DNA from: Candidatus Hydrogenedentota bacterium
GTDB lineage: Bacteria > Hydrogenedentota > Hydrogenedentia > Hydrogenedentales > SLHB01
NCBI GenBank assembly: GCA_045863295.1
Contig: BTWA01000032.1
Location: forward strand, 1-64,000
Length of the DNA stretch: 64,000 nucleotides
Direction of reading: 5' to 3'
The translations under genes and the position numbers were made by a program. Below the pieces are notes generated by a model. The model made no database searches. It worked only from the letters and a program-made list of their open reading frames with translations, and was not told the origin of the DNA. Shown here piece after piece: positions 27,910 through 36,305 of this stretch (position 1 is its first letter; each line of letters opens with the position of its first letter).

Positions 27910-30597
27910 TCAATGCACGGGATCGCGCCGGGGTTGCAGCAGTTTCGCGATGAGTCCAGTCCAGCCGGTTTGTTGAAGCGCGCCGAGGCCTTTGCCGTTT
28001 TCTCCGTGAAAGTATTCGCTGAAGAACAGATAATCGCGGAAGTGCGGGTCCTCCTGCAGCAGCGAATAATCGCCAAATACCGCACGTTTTCCGCCGGAGT
28101 CCCGCAGAAAAATCCTGGCCAGTCTCCGGCTGAGTTCCTCTGCGGCGCCAAAAATCGTGGTGTACTTACCGGAACCCGCCGGACATTCGATCTTGAAATC
28201 GTCGCCGTAATAGTGGTGAAAACGCTGAAGCGATTCAATGAGCAGATAGTTGACCGGGAACCAAATAGGACCCCGCCAATTGGAATTGCCGCCGAAGAGT
28301 CCGGAGTCCGACTCGCCCGGTTGATACCGGACTTGAAGCGTGTCCCCGTTGACATGAAAAACATAGGGATCGTTGTGGTGGTGCCGTGACAGCGCGCGCA
28401 CGCCGTAATCGGACAAGAATTCATGGGGATCGAGCATGCGGCGCAAGAGACATTTCATGCGATGGCCGCGGAGCAACGAAAGCAGGCGGCGTTCGCCCCG
28501 TCCGGGCTCGTTCCAGCGTGACACCAGGTTGGCCAATTCCGGCCGGTTGGTGAGACACCACTCAAGTCTCCGTGTGAACTCGGGCGCATGTTCGAGTAGT
28601 TCCGGTTCCAGCGTTTCCACCGCGAATAGCGGGATGAGCCCCACCATGGAGCGAATCTTCAACGGCACCGTGTGACCATTGGGCAGGTGCAATGCGTCGT
28701 AGTAGAACTCGTCTTCCTCGTCCCATAACCCCACGCCTTCGTGACCCATGTTGGTCATGGCGTAGGCGATGAACAGAAAATGTTCGAAGAATTTCGATGC
28801 GACATCCTGATACACCGGATTGTGGAGCGAGAGTTCCAGCGCGATGCGCATCATGTTCAGACAATACATGCCCATCCAACTGGTGCCGTCCGCCTGCACA
28901 ATGTGTCCGCCGGTGGGCAGTGGTCTGCTGCGATCGAATACCCCGATATTGTCCAAGCCGAGAAAGCCTCCCTGAAACACGTTGTGCCCCATGGGGTCTT
29001 TGCGGTTCACCCACCAGGTGAAATTGAGCAGGAGCTTGTGATACACGCGCTCCAGAAACTCGAGGTCTCCTTTGTCGCCGCGATGCTTTCGATCCATTTG
29101 AAACACGCGCCAGGTGGCCCACGCATGTACCGGCGGATTCACATCGCTGAAGTTCCATTCGTACGCCGGCAATTGGCCGTTGGGATGCATGTACCATTCG
29201 CGCGTGAGCATCACGAGTTGATGCTTTGCGAATTCGGGATCGAGCATTGCCAGCGGCAGCGTGTGAAAGGCGAGATCCCATGCCGCGTACCACGGATATT
29301 CCCACTTGTCCGGCATGGACAGAATGCCCGCGTTGTTCAAGTGTTCCCAGTCTTCGTTCCGGCCCAGTTCAATGCGTTCCGGCGGGGGTGGAGGATTGGG
29401 ATCGCCCGCGATCCACCTTGCCACGTCGTATTCGTAATACTGTTTGCTCCACAGCATGCCTGCCAGTGCCTGCCGCTGCACGAGGCAAGCGTCGCGATCA
29501 CTGAGGCCTTCCTGCAAGTGCAGGTAGTAGGCATCCGCTTCCGCGCTCCGCTGATCGAACACGGTGCCGGCATCCTCAAACGGATTGGCAATGGCACACG
29601 GGCTCAGGCGCACATGGACGGTCGCGCTTGCGCCTCCTTGAATTTCCAAGCGGCGCCACGCGGCGCATTTTGTGCCGGTGTTGGCGGGGTTTACCGCATT
29701 CGAACAGCCGCGCACAACCCGGTCATGAATGGCATCCTTGGGAAATGGCGACTTGTTCGGGACGTCGTACAACCGCTGCACGTTGGTCTCGTTATCGCAG
29801 AAGAGCCATTGCGGATTGCCGTCACAATACATGCGTCGTCCGTTCATTGCGGCATGCTTGACCTCGACGGACCGGTCTCTCGCAAGGTCGAGCGACGGAA
29901 CTTCCTCCGGGTCGCCCCAGGCCCACGTGTTGCGGAACCAGAGGTGTGGCAGCACGTGAATCTCCGCCGTTTCGTGCCCGCGATTATGTATGGTAATGCG
30001 GGCGGCGATGTCGTCGTGCGTGTATTTGGCGTACTCGATGAATACGTCGAAGTAACGGCCGTTCTCGAACAGTCGCGTGTCTATCAACTCGTATTCAGGT
30101 TCCGTCCGGCTCCGATGCTGATTCTCCAGCACCAGTTCTTCGTAGGGAAAGGGCTGTTGCGGGTACTTGTAGAGCATTTTCATGTAGGCATAACTGGGCA
30201 CCGCATCCAGATAGTAATAAAGCTCCTTGACGTCCTCGCCGTGGTTGCCTTCCGAATTCGTGAGTCCGAACAGGCGTTCTTTCAAGATCCTGTCGCGTCC
30301 ATTCCACAAGGCGATTGCAAAGCACAAGGTCTGTTTGTCGTCACATAGGCCGGCCAGGCCGTCTTCGCCCCAACGATAGGCCCGGCTGCGCGCCATGTCG
30401 TGCGTGAAATACCCCCAGGCATCGCCATCCGCGCTGTAGTCTTCGCGCACAGTGCCCCATTGGCGTTCGCTGAGGTAAGGACCCCACTGGGTCCACGGTG
30501 CGTGCTTCCCTCGCATTTGAGCGATACGGTCGAGTTCAGCCGTTGCTTTACCGGACCGTGGCATTGCGGACTTTTTGGACAGGGTTCGTTTAGGCAA
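27910..30597 (-). CDS. GH63-like glucosidase (mannosylglycerate hydrolase/uncharacterised glucosidase family)
   Basis: WGPYLSERQWGTVREDYS, GNHGEDVKE, MPDKWEYPWYAAWDLAFH, NSNWRGPIW, EYFHGE, QTGWTG. Confidence 0.9.
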   Translation of the reverse strand: MPKRTLSKKSAMPRSGKATAELDRIAQMRGKHAPWTQWGPYLSERQWGTVREDYSADGDAWGYFTHDMARSRAYRWGEDGLAGLCDDKQTLCFAIALWNGRDRILKERLFGLTNSEGNHGEDVKELYYYLDAVPSYAYMKMLYKYPQQPFPYEELVLENQHRSRTEPEYELIDTRLFENGRYFDVFIEYAKYTHDDIAARITIHNRGHETAEIHVLPHLWFRNTWAWGDPEEVPSLDLARDRSVEVKHAAMNGRRMYCDGNPQWLFCDNETNVQRLYDVPNKSPFPKDAIHDRVVRGCSNAVNPANTGTKCAAWRRLEIQGGASATVHVRLSPCAIANPFEDAGTVFDQRSAEADAYYLHLQEGLSDRDACLVQRQALAGMLWSKQYYEYDVARWIAGDPNPPPPPERIELGRNEDWEHLNNAGILSMPDKWEYPWYAAWDLAFHTLPLAMLDPEFAKHQLVMLTREWYMHPNGQLPAYEWNFSDVNPPVHAWATWRVFQMDRKHRGDKGDLEFLERVYHKLLLNFTWWVNRKDPMGHNVFQGGFLGLDNIGVFDRSRPLPTGGHIVQADGTSWMGMYCLNMMRIALELSLHNPVYQDVASKFFEHFLFIAYAMTNMGHEGVGLWDEEDEFYYDALHLPNGHTVPLKIRSMVGLIPLFAVETLEPELLEHAPEFTRRLEWCLTNRPELANLVSRWNEPGRGERRLLSLLRGHRMKCLLRRMLDPHEFLSDYGVRALSRHHHNDPYVFHVNGDTLQVRYQPGESDSGLFGGNSNWRGPIWFPVNYLLIESLQRFHHYYGDDFKIECPAGSGKYTTIFGAAEELSRRLARIFLRDSGGKRAVFGDYSLLQEDPHFRDYLFFSEYFHGENGKGLGALQQTGWTGLIAKLLQPRRDPVH

Positions 30598-30748
30598 TGG
30601 TCATCCCCTTTACCGTATTTCACACTAACGGGAGGGGTAAGATCGAACCGGCCTCAATGGTGGTCATATTTACCCTTGGAGACAAGATCAGTATGCTAAG
30701 TCGAGCAGACCGCGAAATCATCGGTTAGACGGTCACCTGGGACAAGCC

Positions 30749-31462
30749 ATGCTGGTTTCAGTAGTCACGCTTTCGGTTTACATTATTGCCGCCTACTGCG
30801 CTACCGGAATTGTTGTAGCGTTGTGCCTGCACGCGCGCGGTCTTGCCAAGGTTGACCCAGGGACGCGCGGTGCGAGCGTCCTTTTCCGGCTGCTGATTAC
30901 TCCAGGGCTGGTTGCCCTTTGGCCGGTTTTCGCATTGAAGTGGCGCAGGGCGGTTTGCGGCTCGCTGAACATGGAGCCCGCGGCGCCTGTACCTCTGCAT
31001 CGACTCCGGGTTCTTCATGGCGCTGCAATTCAGCTTCTGGCTGTAATGACGCCTATTATGGCAGGAGCGGCTATCTACTATCGGCCGCCCGTACCCATAC
31101 GCGCTGCGCTCCCTGCCGGGGCGGTCACAACATCCTTGCCGGGCGAATTCCACGCTGTTGCTGTTAACACAATCGTAGACAGTGACACGTCAGTTGAACT
31201 GATGTCCGACGGGGCGCAACTCTTTTTGTGTGTAAAGAGCCGGCGGGATTGGACGATTGGACTTGCCGGACTGTACTGGTCACCGACTGCGGACGAAGAA
31301 GAAACACCTGCGCGGCCGATTTTTCTGGGAACGTATTCTGGTGAGGACAGACGATACTACCGGATCCCTACCACGTCGCCGGGTGGAATTCTGCACGTGT
31401 ATTCATTTCGTGAGGCGGATTTTGTAGACAAGGTCCGGCTCGCTAGCCGCGCTGACGAATAA
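30749..31462 (+). CDS. Hypothetical membrane protein, partner of the ferric reductase-Rieske gene
   Basis: N-terminal TM segments with 'DPGTRGASVLFRLLITPG..ALWP', a further TM, then a soluble domain containing LYW. Ends 10 bp upstream of the next gene. Confidence 0.65.
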   Translation: MLVSVVTLSVYIIAAYCATGIVVALCLHARGLAKVDPGTRGASVLFRLLITPGLVALWPVFALKWRRAVCGSLNMEPAAPVPLHRLRVLHGAAIQLLAVMTPIMAGAAIYYRPPVPIRAALPAGAVTTSLPGEFHAVAVNTIVDSDTSVELMSDGAQLFLCVKSRRDWTIGLAGLYWSPTADEEETPARPIFLGTYSGEDRRYYRIPTTSPGGILHVYSFREADFVDKVRLASRADE

Positions 31463-31472
31463 GGGCGTATTC

Positions 31473-33305
31473 GTGTCGACACACTACAAAAGCGTTCATT
31501 GGAACCGGCAAAAGCGGACGTACGATACGACGATCGCCTATTCCGTATTCCTGTGCATGTGTGTCTACATGGTGGCTTCCGTGATAATGAATCCGATGCT
31601 GACGGTCGAAACGCTGATCCTGCGCGGCACTTCCCTCACCGCCTTCGTCTTGTTGCACGTGATACTCTGCATTGGGCCGTTGGCCCGGTTGCGTCCTCGA
31701 TACATTCCGTGGCTGTACAACCGCCGTCACTTGGGCGTAACGATGTTTCTGTTGGCGATCGTACACGGTGTTTTCGCCATGATTCAGTTCCATGCGCTGG
31801 GCGACGAGAACCCGATAGTCAGCATATTCACCGCCTATCGCCGGGATTATTGGCCGGTGGATGGGGTTCCTCATTGGGTCGCGCAGTTTCCCTTCGAGCC
31901 CTTTGGGTTCTTTGCACTTGTCATTCTTTTTCTAATGGCGGCAACGAGCCACGATTTCTGGTTGCGCAACCTGGGCGCTGTGTATTGGAAACTGATGCAC
32001 ATGGGCGTGTACTGCGCCTATGGGATGATCCTTGTGCATGTAGCGTACGGCGTGCTGCAGTCGGAACGCAGCCCGCTGTATGTGGCGCTGATTGCGACAG
32101 GATTTATTGCTGTTGTGGGACTGCATCTTGCCGCGTGGCGAAAAGAAGGGAAAACCGACGCCGGGACGGAAGGCGAGGTCCACCCCGATGGGTATGTGTT
32201 TGCGTGTGAGGTCAACGCGCTCAAGGAGGGAAGGGGCAAGATCGTCAAAGTGAGTGGCGTGCGTCTGGCGGTTTTTCTGTATCAAGGCCGCGTGCATGCC
32301 GTGTCCAACGTGTGCCGCCACCAAGGCGGCCCTATCGGTGAGGGACGCATCCTGGACGACGGCTGTATCACGTGTCCCTGGCACGGTTGGCAGTACAAGC
32401 CGGATACCGGAACGAGCCCGCCGCCCTTCGCGGAGGTCATACCGACTTACAATGTCCGCGTGGAACACGGGCGTGTGCTCGTGCATCCGTTACCCAACGC
32501 TCTGGGCAGTGTTTGTATGGGCGCGCCGGCCATCGAATATGAGAATGCCGCGCTGTTGCCGGAGCCATTCTTCGTCGGATACCGGCAAACCGCGCCGAGT
32601 TACCTTGCGCGTTTTGACAAAGGGCGCTACTTAGTTCTAACGGCATGTTTGTCGGCGATTGTATTCACGATTTCAATGGCGCAGTCGCAGGCCGATCACG
32701 GCAAGTTTGAGTTTGGCGTGGTGAAGCCGTTTCACGGGGTAATTTCGGAGCAGCCCGTACCCATGATTCATCTTTCCGCACCCATGGGAAAAGCCGTCAG
32801 TGCCATACTCGTCAATGCAGGCAAGTGGGGTGCGCCGGAATACGTGCGAGGCAGCCATGGCCACATGGTTCAATTCAACGGTACTCTGATTTATCGCGAT
32901 GGTCTGGTAATGGTTGAGATGAACGATCCTGAGTCGTTCAAGAAACTGGATGCAGCCACAATCAGCGCCGGGATACCGAGTGTCGAAGTGCTGGGGAATA
33001 CGACGATCACGGGCGAACTTGTCGATACCAAATGTTTTCTTGGGGTCATGAGGCCTGCCACGGGAAAAGTGCACCGGGCCTGTGCCGTTCGTTGTCTGAG
33101 CGGCGGCATACCGCCCGGCGTTCTGGTACGTGGAGCCGATGGAGAGACCTTCGTATGCGTGCTCGCGGGCGACGACGGCGCGGCACTTGACATCGATCCG
33201 CAGTGGGCCGCGCTCGATGTGCGTGCGGAAGGGCGGTTGGAAATGCACGACGGTTTACCGATTCTTCGGGTGAAGACGCTCAGGCTTGTTGCCGAGTCAC
33301 CATGA
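31473..33305 (+). CDS. Ferric reductase-like (MsrQ-type) transmembrane domain, Rieske [2Fe-2S] domain and C-terminal Cys/His domain fusion
   Basis: NRRHLG, MAATSHD, WKLMH; CRHQGGP...CPWH; GELVDTKC...HRACAVRC. Confidence 0.82.
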   Translation: MSTHYKSVHWNRQKRTYDTTIAYSVFLCMCVYMVASVIMNPMLTVETLILRGTSLTAFVLLHVILCIGPLARLRPRYIPWLYNRRHLGVTMFLLAIVHGVFAMIQFHALGDENPIVSIFTAYRRDYWPVDGVPHWVAQFPFEPFGFFALVILFLMAATSHDFWLRNLGAVYWKLMHMGVYCAYGMILVHVAYGVLQSERSPLYVALIATGFIAVVGLHLAAWRKEGKTDAGTEGEVHPDGYVFACEVNALKEGRGKIVKVSGVRLAVFLYQGRVHAVSNVCRHQGGPIGEGRILDDGCITCPWHGWQYKPDTGTSPPPFAEVIPTYNVRVEHGRVLVHPLPNALGSVCMGAPAIEYENAALLPEPFFVGYRQTAPSYLARFDKGRYLVLTACLSAIVFTISMAQSQADHGKFEFGVVKPFHGVISEQPVPMIHLSAPMGKAVSAILVNAGKWGAPEYVRGSHGHMVQFNGTLIYRDGLVMVEMNDPESFKKLDAATISAGIPSVEVLGNTTITGELVDTKCFLGVMRPATGKVHRACAVRCLSGGIPPGVLVRGADGETFVCVLAGDDGAALDIDPQWAALDVRAEGRLEMHDGLPILRVKTLRLVAESP

Positions 33306-33311
33306 AAATCG

Positions 33312-34115
33312 TTATGTGTTGCGAAGGTTTCCGAGAATCAACGCCACGAAAAAGCAGCCGGCCTGAAACAGGATGATCGCGGGTCCCGGCGGCAGCGAAA
33401 AGGCGTACGATATCCAAAGACCGGCTACCGCGCTCGTCATCCCCAGTGCGACGGAAAGCAGTGTCATGCCGGAAAACGTTTTGGTTACCAGCCTTGCTGC
33501 GGCGGCGGGAATCACGGGAAATGCCGCTATCAACAAGATTCCAACCACCTTAATCGACACCACGATGATGACGGCAATAAACGCGGACAAAATGTAATCG
33601 TCCTTGCCGGTTTGGATGCCGTCCGACTTTGCGAGACTGGGATCGAACGTGGCATAGGCCCACCGGCCCCAATAGGGAAAAAGAGCTACAGTGGCGGCGA
33701 CGAGCACTCCGATTATGGCAATGTCACCGGCTTTGACCGTCAGCAGCGAACCGAACAACACACCAAACGCGTCGCCTGCGTACCCTTCCGTGTAGTAAAG
33801 CAGGATGATGCCAAACGCCATGGACACGGCGAAGAAGATTCCGATGGCGGTATCGTGACGCAACGGCGTCTTATCGCGTACCCAGACGATGGCCAAGGCC
33901 ACCGCCACGGTAAACGGCACGGCGATCCACAGCGGTTCCGTTTGCAACCACAGGCCAAGAGCCACACCGCCGAACGCGGCGTGCGCCAATCCACTACCCA
34001 GGAATCCCAAACCGCGCTGCACGACAAACGGCCCGACGTAACTTGCCAGAAAACCGACCAGCAGGCCCGCGACGAGGGCCCGTTGCATGAATGGATAGCC
34101 CAACATCTCAACCAT
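33312..34115 (-). CDS. znuB: Zn/Mn ABC transporter permease
   Basis: FMQRAL, GLAHAAFGG, DTAIGI, LFGSLL, VVGILL, IPAAAA. Start moved to 34115. Confidence 0.9.
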   Translation of the reverse strand: MVEMLGYPFMQRALVAGLLVGFLASYVGPFVVQRGLGFLGSGLAHAAFGGVALGLWLQTEPLWIAVPFTVAVALAIVWVRDKTPLRHDTAIGIFFAVSMAFGIILLYYTEGYAGDAFGVLFGSLLTVKAGDIAIIGVLVAATVALFPYWGRWAYATFDPSLAKSDGIQTGKDDYILSAFIAVIIVVSIKVVGILLIAAFPVIPAAAARLVTKTFSGMTLLSVALGMTSAVAGLWISYAFSLPPGPAIILFQAGCFFVALILGNLRNT

Positions 34116-34863
34116 GTCCGTTGCCCTTGAGATGCGTTTTTTTGAGATGCCCCGCATGCCCAAACACGTGCAGCATCCGCTGTTCTTCCAAGGCGATGTC
34201 GGGCGTGTCAAACGCGACTACCGCCCGATTCATCAACAAGACGTGGGATGCGTGGTAGCGAGCCCCTTCCCAATCATGCGTGACCATGATGACGGTTGTA
34301 TTGTGATCCTTCTGATACGCTTCGAGGATGTGGTACAACTCGGCCTCGCCCGCCATATCCATGCCCGCCGCCGGTTCGTCGAGAATAATGATACGCGGAT
34401 TCCGCACCAGGCTACGCGCCAGATAGACCCGCTGCATTTCGCCGCCGGACAGTTGCCGGACTGGACGCGTTGCCACGTGCGCGGCGCCCACCCGTTTAAG
34501 CATGGCCATGGACTGATCCGCCTCCGGCCCACGCAGACGCCACGGCCAACGCCGGCGAAGTCCCGTTGCCACGAGTTCGATGGCCAACGCGGGAAACGTG
34601 CGATCCATGGTCTTTAATTGCGGTACGAAGCCCAACCACTCCGCCGGATACTCGCCGGGCAATTGGCCAAAAATGCGCACTTCTCCGGACGTGGGACGGG
34701 TCAACCCTACGAGAATATTGAGAAGCGTGGATTTCCCCGCTCCGTTGGGTCCAACCACTGCCGTGAACGTTCCCGCCGGTACGCTGAGATTGATATTGTC
34801 CAAGGCGCTGAAATCGCCATAACGGAGGGCAACTTGCTTTATGGAAACCGCCATTTCACTCAT
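34108..34863 (-). CDS. znuC: Zn/Mn ABC transporter ATP-binding protein
   Basis: GPNGAGKST, LSGGEMQR, ILDEP, VTHD. Confidence 0.9.
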   Translation of the reverse strand: MSEMAVSIKQVALRYGDFSALDNINLSVPAGTFTAVVGPNGAGKSTLLNILVGLTRPTSGEVRIFGQLPGEYPAEWLGFVPQLKTMDRTFPALAIELVATGLRRRWPWRLRGPEADQSMAMLKRVGAAHVATRPVRQLSGGEMQRVYLARSLVRNPRIIILDEPAAGMDMAGEAELYHILEAYQKDHNTTVIMVTHDWEGARYHASHVLLMNRAVVAFDTPDIALEEQRMLHVFGHAGHLKKTHLKGNGHG

Positions 34864-35783
34864 GAAAGAGCCTCCGCCAACACTTTTGCGTTGTATCGAA
34901 TCAAGTCGGAATAGGTGTTGCGTCCTTCAATTCCGCCGTTTGGATCCAATTCGTAAAGCGGAACGTCCAGCGATTCCGCCAACACTTCCGCATTGCGTCG
35001 AGGTAACTGCGGTTCTGTAAATAATACGCGCGTATGGGCCGCCTGGGCTTGATCGATGAGGTTCTTTAAATCGCGTGCGGAAGGCTCCTTGCCGGGGGAA
35101 GGCTCGATCACTCCGGTAACCGTCAGACCGTACCGGTGCAACAAATAGCCCATGGAAGGATGCATCAAGACCACGCCCGCGCCCCGCACCGGCGCCAGAA
35201 CAACCTCCAATTCGCCATGCAATGCATCCAGTTCCTGGGCAAATGCAATCGCGTTGGAGCGATAAACGGCCTCACCCTCGGGATCGGTGTCGGCTAGCGC
35301 TTTGACAAGTGCGGGCAATGTGGCCTTCACCATGACGGGGTCCATCCAGAAGTGCGGGTCGTCCCCTGCGTGGGAGTGGTCGTGATCGTGGTCTTCATGC
35401 GCGGCAAGTGCATCGTCAAACGACAAACGCAACTCCTTCGGCGTGAGCGCGTACACTTCCACCCGGGTTGCCGACGGCAATTGCGACGCCCATCCGTCCA
35501 GAGCGGCATCGGTAAAGAATAGACAGCGCGACTCTTCCGACACCCGGATATCCCTGGGTAATGGCGTATAGGTATGCGGCGAATCTTTGGCAGACAACAG
35601 TACATGCACCTTGGCGCGGCCCTCCGTCAATTCGCGCACGATGAATCCCAGAGGCTGCACAGTGCAAACGAATCCTGTACCGCCGGGACTTGGACTGGTA
35701 CAGCTGGACGCGAAACATAGTGCCAAGACGACACCAAGGTGCAGCCGAGGGCTCTGAAGGGGAAGTTTCGGCATTTGCATCAC
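34860..35783 (-). CDS. znuA: Zn ABC transporter substrate-binding protein with His-rich loop
   Basis: SPHTY, HEDHDHDHSHAGDDPHFWMDP, HPSMGY, LDP, and a lipoprotein-like signal. Confidence 0.9.
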   Translation of the reverse strand: MMQMPKLPLQSPRLHLGVVLALCFASSCTSPSPGGTGFVCTVQPLGFIVRELTEGRAKVHVLLSAKDSPHTYTPLPRDIRVSEESRCLFFTDAALDGWASQLPSATRVEVYALTPKELRLSFDDALAAHEDHDHDHSHAGDDPHFWMDPVMVKATLPALVKALADTDPEGEAVYRSNAIAFAQELDALHGELEVVLAPVRGAGVVLMHPSMGYLLHRYGLTVTGVIEPSPGKEPSARDLKNLIDQAQAAHTRVLFTEPQLPRRNAEVLAESLDVPLYELDPNGGIEGRNTYSDLIRYNAKVLAEALS

Positions 35784-35861
35784 GTTGCCCGCGATTTTGA
35801 CCCATTTTCGGAGAGTTAAGTGCGTTTGGTATACTGAACCCGCTCAGTGCCCACAGTGTAG

Positions 35862-35887
35862 TTTAATGAGAACCGGATTTCAATAAA
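35862..35887. promoter_or_regulatory. Fur/Zur-like operator between znuA and the Fur-family gene
   Basis: Imperfect palindrome TTTAATGAGAA-CCGG-ATTTCAATAAA. Confidence 0.65.
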
Positions 35888-35897
35888 GGATAACGTA

Positions 35898-36275
35898 GTG
35901 CTGCGAGACACCTCCCAGCGAAGGGCCATACGGCAGACGTTTCTCGATGCCGGGCGCCCCCTGAGTCCGCAGGAAGTCCTTGATGCGTCTAAAGATGCTG
36001 TACCCAACATGGGCATCGCGACGGTGTATCGGAATGTCAAGAACCTGACCGAAGAAGGCTGGTTGGTACCGGTGGAATTGCCCGGAGAACCTCCGCGTTA
36101 CGAAGTATCTGGCAAAGAACATCACCATCATTTCAGTTGCAGGGTTTGCGGAGGCGTGTATGAATTGGAGGGATGTCCCGGTAATCTGTCAAAGATTGTG
36201 CCAACGGGCTACAAACTGGAACGCCACGAACTGGTTCTATACGGACTGTGCAACTCCTGCAACGGGCGCAAGTAG
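35898..36275 (+). CDS. Fur family transcriptional regulator (Zur-like by context)
   Basis: TSQRRAI, GIATVYRN, HHHHFSCRVC, LYGLCNSC. Confidence 0.92.
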   Translation: MLRDTSQRRAIRQTFLDAGRPLSPQEVLDASKDAVPNMGIATVYRNVKNLTEEGWLVPVELPGEPPRYEVSGKEHHHHFSCRVCGGVYELEGCPGNLSKIVPTGYKLERHELVLYGLCNSCNGRK

Positions 36276-36305
36276 TGGGTCTTGGGTCTCTGCCATGGGG
36301 TCCCC

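Noticed and set aside
28741..30348. 535-aa plus-strand ORF and similar long overlapping ORFs (53459..54781, 62263..63396, 1626..2918)
   Set aside because: Antisense or alternate-frame shadows of strongly conserved genes.
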